From NCBI GenBank assembly GCA_045639085.1, contig JAZUCM010000102.1, positions 3,178 through 67,177 on the forward strand: a DNA stretch of 64,000 bases. Direction: 5' to 3'. Position 1 is the stretch's first letter; every line of letters starts with the position of its first letter. Positions 29,701 through 38,835 of the stretch are shown in pieces. This DNA is from Candidatus Gastranaerophilus bacterium. GTDB lineage: Bacteria > Cyanobacteriota > Vampirovibrionia > Gastranaerophilales > Gastranaerophilaceae. Below the pieces are notes generated by a model. That model saw nothing but the letters and a program-made list of their open reading frames with translations. It ran no database searches and had not been told where the DNA came from. The position numbers and the translations under genes are program-made.

Positions 29701-31165
29701 AAAGATCAACGTTTCCAGATCCTAAAAGGTGCATTGCAGGAAGTGGGCCGAAGTCAATTTTTATAATTTCTTGGAGTGGGTTAAGGATAGTTTGTACGAT
29801 TTCGAGGTTTATGTTTGGGGTAGATTTTACGCTTAGATTTGCGCGTTTTTCGTCGTACATTTCAAACGTTCCGTTTGCCCATACTCTTTCTTTTGCTGCT
29901 GTTGGAACATTCGCTTCTAATTTCATTTTGTCACGGTTAAAAATAAGTTTTATTGTTGCTTTTTTGGCGTTTTTTATTGGTTTTATTATGTAAGCGTCTG
30001 AAATCAAAATGTTACCGTTAATCAGCGGACGGGCTGTATTGCCGGTTATATCAAAATGAGCCAAGACATTTCCGTCTAAGAAGTGTTTTTTCAGGGCTAA
30101 TAAATTCAGTTCAGGGATTAAGTTTTCTTTCGGCGGCAAAAGTTTAATTATTTCCTGCACGTTTGACTTGTCGAGTGAAATTGAAAGATTTAGACTTGGA
30201 GTTTTCTCCTCGAGAATTATTTCGCCTAGAATGGACGATTTTATTAATTCTGAGAGAATTTTTAATTGATTTATTTTTATGCTTTTGTCGCTAATTGAGA
30301 TGTGGGATTTTATTTCAATTGGTCGGGAGTGCGTGAGAGGGTGTTCGACATTCGGGAATTTTATGCTGAGATTATGGCTTAAAAGGTTCCAGTTAAGCGT
30401 TTCTCCGATATCTTTGGTTACATTTAAATCAAAAATTCCTTGTATCTTTTCTATTTCCGGATTGAGTTTTTGTATCGTGTTTGAAAATATCGCAAGGTTA
30501 AGTTCTTTTACTGAAATATTAACAATACTTTTTTGAATATTTTGAGGCGAAATCGGCATTTTTAGGTCGGTTTTTATTCTGATTTCACTTGTTTTATTAG
30601 CGGTTTCCAGATGAAATTTCGAATTAAGCTTGATTTTTTTGTTTGGATTAAATTGGGCAATTGTGATGTCGTTGCCGTAAAGTTTCATGTTTTCGATAAG
30701 TTTTTGGTTTTGTAAATCAAGGGCAATGTTGTGAATTTTTGTGTTTTTTAGACGTATTCGTTTTATCAGGTTGATGATTCGTGGACTTACGAGTTTTTCG
30801 CTATAATCATTGCGGAATTGGACATTGAACTCGTCAGATTCGAATTTGCGTATAGAAACGTTTCCGGCTAAAAGTCCTAACCAGTTGATTTTTGTGTGGA
30901 TGTTTTTTAATTGCAATAAATTATTCTTGTCGGGGCTTTCTAATGTAACGCTTTCTGCCTTAAATCTTATAGTCGGAGTCAAATCGGTGCGGAATCTGTA
31001 GTTTTTGAGCGTTAAATTAAAGCCGGTTTTATGGGAAATTATTGTTTCTACTCTTGTTCTGATAAAATCTGATGCCAAAATTTGCGGAACTGCTACAAGA
31101 TAAAAAGCAAGCCATGCCGCTAATACTCCCAATATTATTAGAATTACTTTCCCTAATTTGTTCAT
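26744..31165 (-). CDS. Giant AsmA/TamB-like envelope protein (1473 aa)
   Basis: Single N-terminal TM anchor (VILIILGVLAAWLAFYLVAV) followed by >1400 aa of Asn/Ile/Lys-rich, beta-strand-like repetitive sequence, typical of the AsmA/TamB lipid-transport family architecture. Confidence 0.55.
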   Translation of the reverse strand: MNKLGKVILIILGVLAAWLAFYLVAVPQILASDFIRTRVETIISHKTGFNLTLKNYRFRTDLTPTIRFKAESVTLESPDKNNLLQLKNIHTKINWLGLLAGNVSIRKFESDEFNVQFRNDYSEKLVSPRIINLIKRIRLKNTKIHNIALDLQNQKLIENMKLYGNDITIAQFNPNKKIKLNSKFHLETANKTSEIRIKTDLKMPISPQNIQKSIVNISVKELNLAIFSNTIQKLNPEIEKIQGIFDLNVTKDIGETLNWNLLSHNLSIKFPNVEHPLTHSRPIEIKSHISISDKSIKINQLKILSELIKSSILGEIILEEKTPSLNLSISLDKSNVQEIIKLLPPKENLIPELNLLALKKHFLDGNVLAHFDITGNTARPLINGNILISDAYIIKPIKNAKKATIKLIFNRDKMKLEANVPTAAKERVWANGTFEMYDEKRANLSVKSTPNINLEIVQTILNPLQEIIKIDFGPLPAMHLLGSGNVDLYINGNVADPHIRGALNFNNAEVYFNDMPNLIIKNGGGTLTFNDTDTHFQTTSATLNGKPLNVEGSCTLQGAFNFTATSKDQNLTKLLNDIKGNTLLADLNNYLEQIEKIKGLGDLDLNIYGQLNNIREIEFNKNIFTRGQIDLKAVTLKHQNIPQEISNIFGTIALDNQDILMNLYALINKSKVTIEGKIKDSSANLLVKTKAFRILDGISTLPLNIQRNILTLINSNEILNLLPSIYTNFTAKYKGAIDKIQPENLELYGSIYSNTNSALQKSNYEFTNSTLKFTPIKLNTKDINLETDAIITNLFSEKPIISGKFNLKDFNLELINLATLKNIQLLNPLVSKIEKLSGQINLSSNIQNNNLNANFNLKNIKLQENKHIHEILSGKVSIRNNQVSTENINARFFDMPLLLNGKVLFHNKELPHYHFTLNSKPNQEVFNSCFNQNALYPIKVKGDLTLNAEIQGNTKNAHIKSNLLLAKDASIYYMGATLGDKSNSVKLTSNITLHNNNLKINHFNYDKLIPSLDNNETTVPLLHIDGAMTYSPDNVIGFNNLKIKSLMPVDAKIFNIIFRKPFMKEGFFTSDLVLNGSSIKPNVLGKLNITDINIPLVETNINNINLDFAPQTINMTSSGDLITNKIKLDATLKNDLSLPLQIENMKVHVSKLDLNKINEKFRHIEETNFKMHTTTNNALPLDYTNFIIHNSSILADTILIDNITATNFNSNVEIGQDKIMKVKNFNFDLAEGRVYGVATHNYNNNNATLNLILDRANAALIAETLFDITGQIYGLANGKMNLTCNAQNDKTCLASLSGDGNFTIQNGKMPKLGSLEYLLKAGNLLSNGLTGLTINGLIDLLSPLKSGEFKTIAGTFTLNEGTAEKINIYSSGKDLNLYITGKYNLSTAIADFQIFGSLSKNITTVFNKVKNLSLNTLLKTIPGIKNESTTEFATDIAKIPNSNDRNNIYKFFRAIINGDINGENFVKSFEWID

Positions 31166-31296
31166 TCCATTTTATCATACCATTAAAATATGATATTAAC
31201 AAATAGTATAATTTTTTTTAAGAAAATTAGTCTTTGTTAGGATTATTTTTTTTTAGGGCGGGCGGATAATAAAAATAGCTAAAAAGGGGGAATGTT

Positions 31297-31461
31297 ATGA
31301 GATTACTTACTTATACACGTTATCTTTGGCGAAAAATAAAGTTTTATGACCGTTTGGCGATTAAAACAAATTTCTTTTTGCCCAATCCTTTTGAAAAACA
31401 TGACAAAACTCTAACTATTCTTTGGGTTGAGGACGAAGATGGACATACCTTTTATAATTGA
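31297..31461 (+). CDS. Small hypothetical protein (54 aa, below the ORF-track cutoff)
   Basis: Hand translation gives MRLLTYTRYLWRKIKFYDRLAIKTNFFLPNPFEKHDKTLTILWVEDEDGHTFYN. A strong SD (AAGGGGGA) lies 6 nt upstream. Confidence 0.3.
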   Translation: MRLLTYTRYLWRKIKFYDRLAIKTNFFLPNPFEKHDKTLTILWVEDEDGHTFYN

Positions 31462-31508
31462 TGATTTTATGGTATTGTAACGTCAGGTAGACATTATGGA
31501 GAATTGAG

Positions 31509-32159
31509 ATGGAATTAAATAGATTTATTGAACACACTTTACTGAAACAGGACGCTTGTGAGGCGGATTTTGAAAAACTTTTTGACGAGGCGATTAAGTA
31601 TAAGTTTCTGGGCGTTTGTGTAAATCCGGCTTATGTAAAAATGGCATGTGAGAAATTGTCAGGTTCAGGTGTGAAGGTCGTGACGGTTGTCGGTTTTCCA
31701 TTGGGTGCCTCATTGGCTGAAATTAAGGCGCAAGAAGCTGCGTTAGCTGTTAGAGATGGTGCAGACGAAGTCGATATGGTCATAAATGTTACAGATTTGA
31801 AAAATAAAAAATATGATTTTATTGTTGAAGAGATTGCCAAAGTTAAGTGTGCGTGCGGCGAAAAAGTTCTTAAAGTTATTATTGAAACCGACCTTTTGAC
31901 AAAGGATGAAATCAAGATTGCTTGTGAACTGTGTGTGAAAGCGGGGGCTAATTTTGTGAAAACCTCGACAGGATTTGTTAAAGGTGGCGTTGGAGCAAAA
32001 GTAGAAGACGTTGAAATTATGTTTGCAACGGTTTCGCCTTATGGCTTAGGCGTTAAGGCTTCCGGCGGTATAAAAACTCGAGAACAGGCTCTTGCACTTG
32101 TCGCAGCGGGTGCAACAAGATTAGGCACAAGTTCGGGTGTGGCGATTGTTGTCGGTTAA
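31509..32159 (+). CDS. deoC: Deoxyribose-phosphate aldolase
   Basis: IEHTLLK, VCVNP, VVGFPLG, DEVDMVIN, FVKTSTGF and VKASGGI blocks, including the Schiff-base Lys context. Confidence 0.9.
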   Translation: MELNRFIEHTLLKQDACEADFEKLFDEAIKYKFLGVCVNPAYVKMACEKLSGSGVKVVTVVGFPLGASLAEIKAQEAALAVRDGADEVDMVINVTDLKNKKYDFIVEEIAKVKCACGEKVLKVIIETDLLTKDEIKIACELCVKAGANFVKTSTGFVKGGVGAKVEDVEIMFATVSPYGLGVKASGGIKTREQALALVAAGATRLGTSSGVAIVVG

Positions 32160-32282
32160 AAAACTATTTTTACGAGGCCTGTTTTGTAAATTTTTTGTTA
32201 ATATTCAAGCACTCTCTTTATTCTCAAAATGATTTGTTTTATAATTGTGGATATCAAGGATATGTTTCACAAGGAGATAGGG

Positions 32283-35200
32283 ATGAAGTCATTTTTGAAA
32301 ATAATAGGAATTACTTTCGGTGTATTGATATTGGGTCTGTATTTGGCGTTTTTGTTTTTACTGCCAAAGTATGACATAAATAAATTTAAGGCTGACATTC
32401 AAAAAATTGCAAAAGAACAGACAAAACTTGATATTAATTTTGAGAATGCGAAAATTATTACTACACCTCTTTTAGGGGTGGGTGTCAAAGCTGATGATAT
32501 TTCTGTAAAATTACCAGATGGCTCAACACTTTTTAGTGCGGAAGGGGTGAAAGGGCGCGTTGCACTCCCGAGTTTATTCCTTTTGACGGTTAAAGTTTCT
32601 TGTGCGGAAGTTTATTCGCCGTTTATTAATGTCGAAATTGTTGATGATAAGGCGTTCAAAGTTGTCCAAGTCCTCGAAGAGATACTTAATTCAAAAGATG
32701 AGGCATTGGAAGAGGCTCAACAAACTGTCGAAACGAATGCAAATACCGCTTTTGCATTTAATCCTGCTTGGATAAAAATCAAAGTTCCTTGTGTGAAAAT
32801 TTCTGATTATAAGGTTCTTATTAATGATCTTAAATCCAAGCATTATCTCACTTTAAAAGGGGATGAATTAAAGCTTGCCTATTTAAACGGTAAAATTTTT
32901 AAATTAAAAACAAACGCAGAATTTTTCTCCGACGAGAATAAAAACATTACTGCAAATCTTGATATAGATACTTTTATTCCGCCGGCTGTTGAGTTAGATG
33001 AAGAGGATGACGAGGCGCAACACGTTGAAATCCCGTTCGTTAACCCTGTTTCCATGTATAGAAATTATGACTTGAAGGCAAATATTGATTCAAAAATACG
33101 TTTGCGTCAACGTGCAAAGAATTTGGTTTCTTTCGGGTATTTTAATATTGATGGCGTAACTCTGAAACTTTCTCAACTTCAGCTTCCTGAAAGTTATTTC
33201 CATCTTAAAACTCGTGGTTTTTGGGCAAATATAGATTCCAATCTTAATTTGTTGAATGGGCAAAATGTCGCGCTTTTAGGTAAACTTAATTACAGTCGCA
33301 GGCCTAAATTTGACATGAATGTTAAAACCAACGAAATTTATTTTAATGATCTGGTTGTATTGACGAAGGCGCTTTTAGACTCTTTACATATTCAAAACGA
33401 TTTGGATAAAATTAAAATGGCCGGTTTTGCTAAGACTGATGCTTACGTTAAAACAAATTTCAAAAAATGGATTTCCAATGGGCTGCTTGAAGTGAAAGAC
33501 GGTGCGTTGGATATAAAAGGCTTGGGTAGTGTAATTTCTGACTTGAAGGCTTTGGTATTGCTTGATAACAATGTTATGGAAATCCGAGATACATCGCTTA
33601 ATCTTGCCGGGGCGAAAGTGCTTGCAAAGGGTAAAATTGATGAAAAATCTTTTGCTGATATAAATATTCAGACTGAAAAAATTTCTTTGCCGACCTTGTT
33701 TAACGCATTTGCGCCGGATAGTGTAAAAAAGGCGTTTGACTTTACCTCAGGCGATTTTGCACTCAATCTTGATTTGAAAGGTAAGTTGGATAATGCGGTG
33801 GCAAAATTGAGCGCTGATTTGGCTAATTTAAAGATTTCGGATAGCGCAAAAACATTTGTTGTGACAAATAATAATCTTAATGCGGATTTTTCTTGCGACC
33901 GAAAAGATTTTGTCGGTACGGTGAAAAATAACGACTTAAAAATTTCTCTTCCGGCTACAAAATCAAATGTTGCACTTCCTGAATTTGCGCTTAATATTGC
34001 GCAAAAAGATATTGTTATCCCGCAAAATACTCTTGTTTTGAATAACAATTCCAATATTGTTTTTAGAGGGGCGATTCAGGATTATACAAAATTTAATAAT
34101 GTGGATTTTTCTGCGAACGGACGCGTGTTGGCATCTGATTTGATAGCGTTAATAGGTAAGGATTTTGCAAATTTCTTTAATGCGAAAGGTCAGCCAAATG
34201 TAAGCGTTACGCTTATGGGGGACGCAAAAAAACAAACGCTTAACGCTGAAATTCTTGCGGATTCTGAAAACTATTTTACGCCTGTGAACATCGCATCTTT
34301 GCGTGATAAGACTACGGCAATTCGCTCTACTGTTGATTTTAAACGCGACAGGATAAAAATAAAAGACACCGGGATTTTTACTAAAAATATTGTGACAGAT
34401 GAAAAAGGGAACTCCAAAACAGTGTATAAAGAGGTTCTCGGGGTCGACGGAACGGTTGTCGGCAACAATATTAATCTTTTGAAAATCACCATGCCGGAGA
34501 CGCTGAGGGTTTCTGTTCAGGCGTTCAAGGATTCGTTGATGGATGTCAAAGGTCACTTGTTCGTGTTTGGTGATATGGCTGCTCCGCGTTTTCGCGGGGA
34601 ATACACCGTGAAATCACTCGCAATTCCTGATTTGATGATGACGATGGATAATGCAACTCTTGCGTTTAAAGGGCATGAGTTGGTTGCAAAAGTTAAAAAT
34701 CTTCTTGTGAACGGTTCGGATTTTAACGTAGATACTACGATTAGTCTTGTGCCGGCATCTGTTTTAAATATTTCCGGCATGGAAGTGGTTTCTAATCATG
34801 TTGATGCAGATAAATTATTACAGGTTAGCGAAGCTGCGATGAAGTTTGTTCCTGCAACTCCGGCTCCGGCAAAAAATGTTGCGGCTCAACCGGCTGATAT
34901 TCCGGTAATTTTGCGCAACGGACATTTTAACGGTAAATCGTTGAAAAGCGGTGCAATAGTAACCGGCGAAACTGATACGGATTTTTCGTTGAATAAAAAT
35001 ATTTTGGTTTTGAATAATTTGAAAACTAAAGTGTTTGATGGCGCAGTCCGTGGAAATGTTTCGATGAATTTGGTTTCGGGTTTAATCCAAGCGGCGGTTA
35101 ACGGTGACAATTTAGATGTACAAAAGGCCTTGTTACAGGCTGCGGCGATGGATAACATGCTTTATGGAACCGCGGAATTTAAAGCGGATCTTTCACTCCG

Positions 35201-36194
35201 TGGTACAACCTATGAAGAACAAATGAAATCGCTCAAAGGTTTTGTTGATTTTAAGGTGAAAGACGGACAGTTCGGGCCTTTTGGTAAATTGGAAAACCTT
35301 ATAATTGCGGAAAATATTCGCGAATCTGAATTTTTCCAAACTACATTGGGAAGTGTTTTAAACTCTTTGACGTCTGTTGATACTACTCATTTTGACACTT
35401 TGCTTGGTACTTTGACATTCGATAAGGGAATTGCGACGATTGATCCGATTACCTCAATCGGGGATGCGTTGAGTTTGAAACTCTTTGGAAACATGGATCT
35501 GGTTAAAAATTCCGTTGATATGAAAGTCCGCGCTCGTTTGACTTCGACTATCGCTAACATGCTTGGGCCTTTGAACGCAATAAATCCTATTAACTTGATG
35601 AATCAAGCCGGCGGGATGAATGTTTTCACCGCCAAAGCGTTCTCATTGTTCTGTGAAGCGGTTTCTCAAGAGGAAATGGATTCTATCCCTGCGTTTGAAA
35701 ACGGCTATATTGATTTCAATTCAACTAAGTTTCAGATAGTTGTGCGTGGGGATTTGGCTAAACCTCTCACGCTTGTTAAGTCTTTCAAATGGTTGGCATT
35801 GGCATCTGATGTTGAGAAGGCCAAAGACTTTGTCAATACATTACCGGCCGGCAAAGACGGAGCAAATTACGTGTTGGATGCAAAAACTTTGGATAAAGCC
35901 AAAGAAGAATTGAAAAAAGAGGCGATAAAAGCTGTTGAACTTAAAAAAGAAGAAGTGAAAAAACAGGCTAAAGAAGCCGTTGAAGCTAAAACTCAAGAGG
36001 CAAAAGACGCGGTTCAAAAGGTTCTTGAAGATAAAATTGAAGAACAAAAAAGTGGAAAGCTAGGTGAAATTCTAAAACAAGCTCAACAGGCACAAGAACA
36101 AATTGAGGCGGCCAAACAAATCTTAACTATTCCGACGGTAGAGATTCCGGCACCATCAATCCCGGTTCCGACACCATTGGAATCTAAACAATAA
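32283..36194 (+). CDS. AsmA family protein (about 1300 aa) with K/E-rich and Pro-rich C-terminal tail
   Basis: Start at MKSFLKIIGITFGVLILGLYLAFLFLLP (GGAGA SD). The N-terminal anchor plus DINKFKADIQK...LDINFENAKI is typical of AsmA N-domains. A long beta-rich body follows. The tail is KKEEVKKQAKEAVEAK...PAPSIPVPTP. Confidence 0.6.
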   Translation: MKSFLKIIGITFGVLILGLYLAFLFLLPKYDINKFKADIQKIAKEQTKLDINFENAKIITTPLLGVGVKADDISVKLPDGSTLFSAEGVKGRVALPSLFLLTVKVSCAEVYSPFINVEIVDDKAFKVVQVLEEILNSKDEALEEAQQTVETNANTAFAFNPAWIKIKVPCVKISDYKVLINDLKSKHYLTLKGDELKLAYLNGKIFKLKTNAEFFSDENKNITANLDIDTFIPPAVELDEEDDEAQHVEIPFVNPVSMYRNYDLKANIDSKIRLRQRAKNLVSFGYFNIDGVTLKLSQLQLPESYFHLKTRGFWANIDSNLNLLNGQNVALLGKLNYSRRPKFDMNVKTNEIYFNDLVVLTKALLDSLHIQNDLDKIKMAGFAKTDAYVKTNFKKWISNGLLEVKDGALDIKGLGSVISDLKALVLLDNNVMEIRDTSLNLAGAKVLAKGKIDEKSFADINIQTEKISLPTLFNAFAPDSVKKAFDFTSGDFALNLDLKGKLDNAVAKLSADLANLKISDSAKTFVVTNNNLNADFSCDRKDFVGTVKNNDLKISLPATKSNVALPEFALNIAQKDIVIPQNTLVLNNNSNIVFRGAIQDYTKFNNVDFSANGRVLASDLIALIGKDFANFFNAKGQPNVSVTLMGDAKKQTLNAEILADSENYFTPVNIASLRDKTTAIRSTVDFKRDRIKIKDTGIFTKNIVTDEKGNSKTVYKEVLGVDGTVVGNNINLLKITMPETLRVSVQAFKDSLMDVKGHLFVFGDMAAPRFRGEYTVKSLAIPDLMMTMDNATLAFKGHELVAKVKNLLVNGSDFNVDTTISLVPASVLNISGMEVVSNHVDADKLLQVSEAAMKFVPATPAPAKNVAAQPADIPVILRNGHFNGKSLKSGAIVTGETDTDFSLNKNILVLNNLKTKVFDGAVRGNVSMNLVSGLIQAAVNGDNLDVQKALLQAAAMDNMLYGTAEFKADLSLRGTTYEEQMKSLKGFVDFKVKDGQFGPFGKLENLIIAENIRESEFFQTTLGSVLNSLTSVDTTHFDTLLGTLTFDKGIATIDPITSIGDALSLKLFGNMDLVKNSVDMKVRARLTSTIANMLGPLNAINPINLMNQAGGMNVFTAKAFSLFCEAVSQEEMDSIPAFENGYIDFNSTKFQIVVRGDLAKPLTLVKSFKWLALASDVEKAKDFVNTLPAGKDGANYVLDAKTLDKAKEELKKEAIKAVELKKEEVKKQAKEAVEAKTQEAKDAVQKVLEDKIEEQKSGKLGEILKQAQQAQEQIEAAKQILTIPTVEIPAPSIPVPTPLESKQ

Positions 36195-36200
36195 ATACTG

Positions 36201-36229
36201 AAAACTCCCTATGCAAAAGGGAGTTTTTT
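36201..36229 (+). terminator. Rho-independent terminator after the AsmA-family gene
   Basis: aaaactccct atgcaaa agggagtttt tt: a 10-bp stem followed by a T-run. Confidence 0.8.
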
Positions 36230-36262
36230 GTAAAGATTAGTTAATAAATTGGCAAAAAAAAC

Positions 36263-38572
36263 TTGTTACGGGATTTTATTTTTGAGAACATATTTCGAAA
36301 CAGGGGAAGTAAATTGTTAATTAGTACAGTAAATGTGCAACCTAAATATCAAGAGCGAATGTCGTTGCCCCAGAGACAGCGACACAAGGGTGGACTTTCC
36401 CCAAAATCCATGGGCTTAAATTCAAATAAATCAAAAATAAACAACGAGGGACCGGCAAAAATAAATTCTGAGAATTTGTCTTTTGGGGTCTCTCTTTTAT
36501 CGGTCAAAGTGGATAAACTTAACCCGGTTAAAGCCGAAGAGATTATAGATTTCTACAAACATTCACCACTCGGTGACATGCCCAAAGAACTCTACAACAG
36601 TTTGATGAAATCTGAATCTGCCAAAAAGTATATGCAAGTCGACAAGGACGGCAATATTGCGTTTCATAAAAAGTCGATTTTGCGATTGATTGTTGATGGA
36701 GCCCTGTATCCGTTTGTGCAACTTCCTCAAGATATTCTCAACGGTTCCGTTGCGCTTTTAGGCAAGTTTAAACCGTTTGAAAATTGGTCGAAAAAGGTTT
36801 TAAATACGGATTTCTTTAAAGGGATTCGCAGACGTTCAAAAGAAGACGCCAAGTTGAATTCCTTCCGTGGACTTGCGTCATTAAGACAACAACTTTTGCA
36901 AGAAGGTAAGTCCGAGGATGAAATTAGAAAAATTCTTTTCAATAAAAGTACTAAGATGTTTGACCCGAAAACCGGGAATTATGATACAAAACACGAACGA
37001 GCGCTTAATCGTTTAGTCACAGGACTTCCGCCGGCAATTTTCTTGGCGAATGACGCTTATAACCTTTCTCGCATGATGGATGATGATGAGGAATTGGCGG
37101 AAAAAGAACGTCGACAACGTTTTAAACAAGAAACAAGTCGTATTTTGACTAGCGGTTATTTGACGTTGATTACTCTTGGTGCTCTTCAAAAGTACATTAA
37201 CAATTCACCGGCGGGTATTATGTTGATGACCGGTTCGACCGTCCTCATTACGGAAATGTTTTCTCGCTTGAGTAACGGTAAGCATATTACGCGTTTGACC
37301 CCGGAAGAAGCGAAGGCGATTAATGCTAAGAAAGCTCAAGAGAAAGGCGCTGCGGGGGTGAAGGAAATTTCGTTTAAGTCAAACACCGTTGAAGAAAAAC
37401 AACCTTCTAAAAGCGACAAAGAAAAACAACAAAAACCCTTGCTTTCCTTTGACACATTGATGAAGGCCTCATTAGCTGTCATTACTGCGGGTTGGGCCAT
37501 TAAGGGCGCGCGAAAAATCTCATCAATCGACAACATTTTTAAATCGGTTTCAAAAAAATACGATGAAATATACAACAATTTGACGCTTAACAAGGATTAC
37601 ACGATATCAAAGGATAAATTCGACAAAATTGTGACAGTTTTGCGCGAAAATAAATTTGATAATTTAGCCGAACAATATGAAATGGCCGCGAAAAAGGCAC
37701 TGGGTAACGACGATAACCTTATTCACCTTGGCTCAAAGGACAAAAAGATTAAGCCGTTGGTGAATTTTGTGATCGCTCCGTTTAAATTCGCAAAAAGTGT
37801 TGTAACGCTACCTTATCGTTTGAGTGAAAAGTTTGTCGGAATCTTCCAGCCTAAAAAAGCTAAAAAAGAGGTTTCGCCAGATGAAATTAAGTCATTAGCA
37901 ATGAGTATTGACAAAATCGCTCAAAAGGCTTTGGATAAAAATCTTTCGCCTAAAAAATTCCAAGAGTTTGTGAGCGACAACATCTTGAAAGGTTTTAACG
38001 CCGACAGTATGTCAAATGTGTCAAATGCAGAGTTGTCTAACTTGGCAAAAACAGCGGCCGCTGCGGCAACAATTTGGTTCCTGATGACAGATAACTACAA
38101 TATGGTTATGTTGAAATCGAACGGTGAAGATAAAGAAGGTGCGGAAACCAAGTTTAAAGAACGTTTTGTCCAAGAAGGTTCGCGACTTTTCTATCAAACG
38201 TTGTTGATTGACTTATTTAATTCAACTTTCCGTAACCAATATAACGCGTCATTGTTTGGTATGAGTTGGATTTCGCTCACAAACACCACAATGGGCGAAT
38301 GGCTAACCCGAAAATCTGTTGGCGTTGCCGTTCAACCACATACGCGTGACGAACTTCTCGCACTGGAAAAAGAGCGTAATGAAGCGACCGGGTTCACGAA
38401 GAAATATTATAATTTTATGACCCGATTGACAGGTAAGCGTTCTATTGAGTCGTATAACGTCAGCAAAAAAGTCGTTACCCCGGTGGCTGTGGCTGAAGAA
38501 AAGCAGGTGGAAACTGAGACAAAAGTATTAAAAACCTCTGATTATTTTGCAATGATAAAGAATACAAAATAG
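36263..38572 (+). CDS. Large hypothetical membrane-associated protein (lineage-specific)
   Basis: 769-aa ORF with several hydrophobic segments (YLTLITLGALQKY, AGIMLMTGSTVLI, LAVITAGWAI, AAATIWFLM). I recognise no domain. The start is uncertain (36263 TTG or ATG at 36360). Confidence 0.55.
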   Translation: MLRDFIFENIFRNRGSKLLISTVNVQPKYQERMSLPQRQRHKGGLSPKSMGLNSNKSKINNEGPAKINSENLSFGVSLLSVKVDKLNPVKAEEIIDFYKHSPLGDMPKELYNSLMKSESAKKYMQVDKDGNIAFHKKSILRLIVDGALYPFVQLPQDILNGSVALLGKFKPFENWSKKVLNTDFFKGIRRRSKEDAKLNSFRGLASLRQQLLQEGKSEDEIRKILFNKSTKMFDPKTGNYDTKHERALNRLVTGLPPAIFLANDAYNLSRMMDDDEELAEKERRQRFKQETSRILTSGYLTLITLGALQKYINNSPAGIMLMTGSTVLITEMFSRLSNGKHITRLTPEEAKAINAKKAQEKGAAGVKEISFKSNTVEEKQPSKSDKEKQQKPLLSFDTLMKASLAVITAGWAIKGARKISSIDNIFKSVSKKYDEIYNNLTLNKDYTISKDKFDKIVTVLRENKFDNLAEQYEMAAKKALGNDDNLIHLGSKDKKIKPLVNFVIAPFKFAKSVVTLPYRLSEKFVGIFQPKKAKKEVSPDEIKSLAMSIDKIAQKALDKNLSPKKFQEFVSDNILKGFNADSMSNVSNAELSNLAKTAAAAATIWFLMTDNYNMVMLKSNGEDKEGAETKFKERFVQEGSRLFYQTLLIDLFNSTFRNQYNASLFGMSWISLTNTTMGEWLTRKSVGVAVQPHTRDELLALEKERNEATGFTKKYYNFMTRLTGKRSIESYNVSKKVVTPVAVAEEKQVETETKVLKTSDYFAMIKNTK

Positions 38573-38779
38573 ATTTTTGTGATAATAAGCTAAAGAAGGA
38601 GCTCTAAATATACCATTTTATTCGGGGCTTACAGAGAGCCATCCTCGTTCCGAATTACATTATACACGTTGTATTAAGCGTTAAAATTTTACACGGGTCA
38701 GCACGAGTATAAGACGGACTTAGTCCGCGGAGTGCGAAGTGTTAAAATCGTTTGTTAATCGCTGAGTTTTTCATAAAGA

Positions 38780-38809
38780 AAAAAGCCACCTTGCAAAAGG
38801 TGGCTTTTT
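38780..38809. terminator. Bidirectional terminator downstream of rpoC2
   Basis: aaaaagccacct tgcaaa aggtggcttttt: a perfect 12-bp stem (seven core pairs gccacct/aggtggc extended by five A-T pairs from the flanking A and T runs). Confidence 0.8.
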
Positions 38810-38835
38810 ATAAATGCAATGAAAGGATATTTTTT

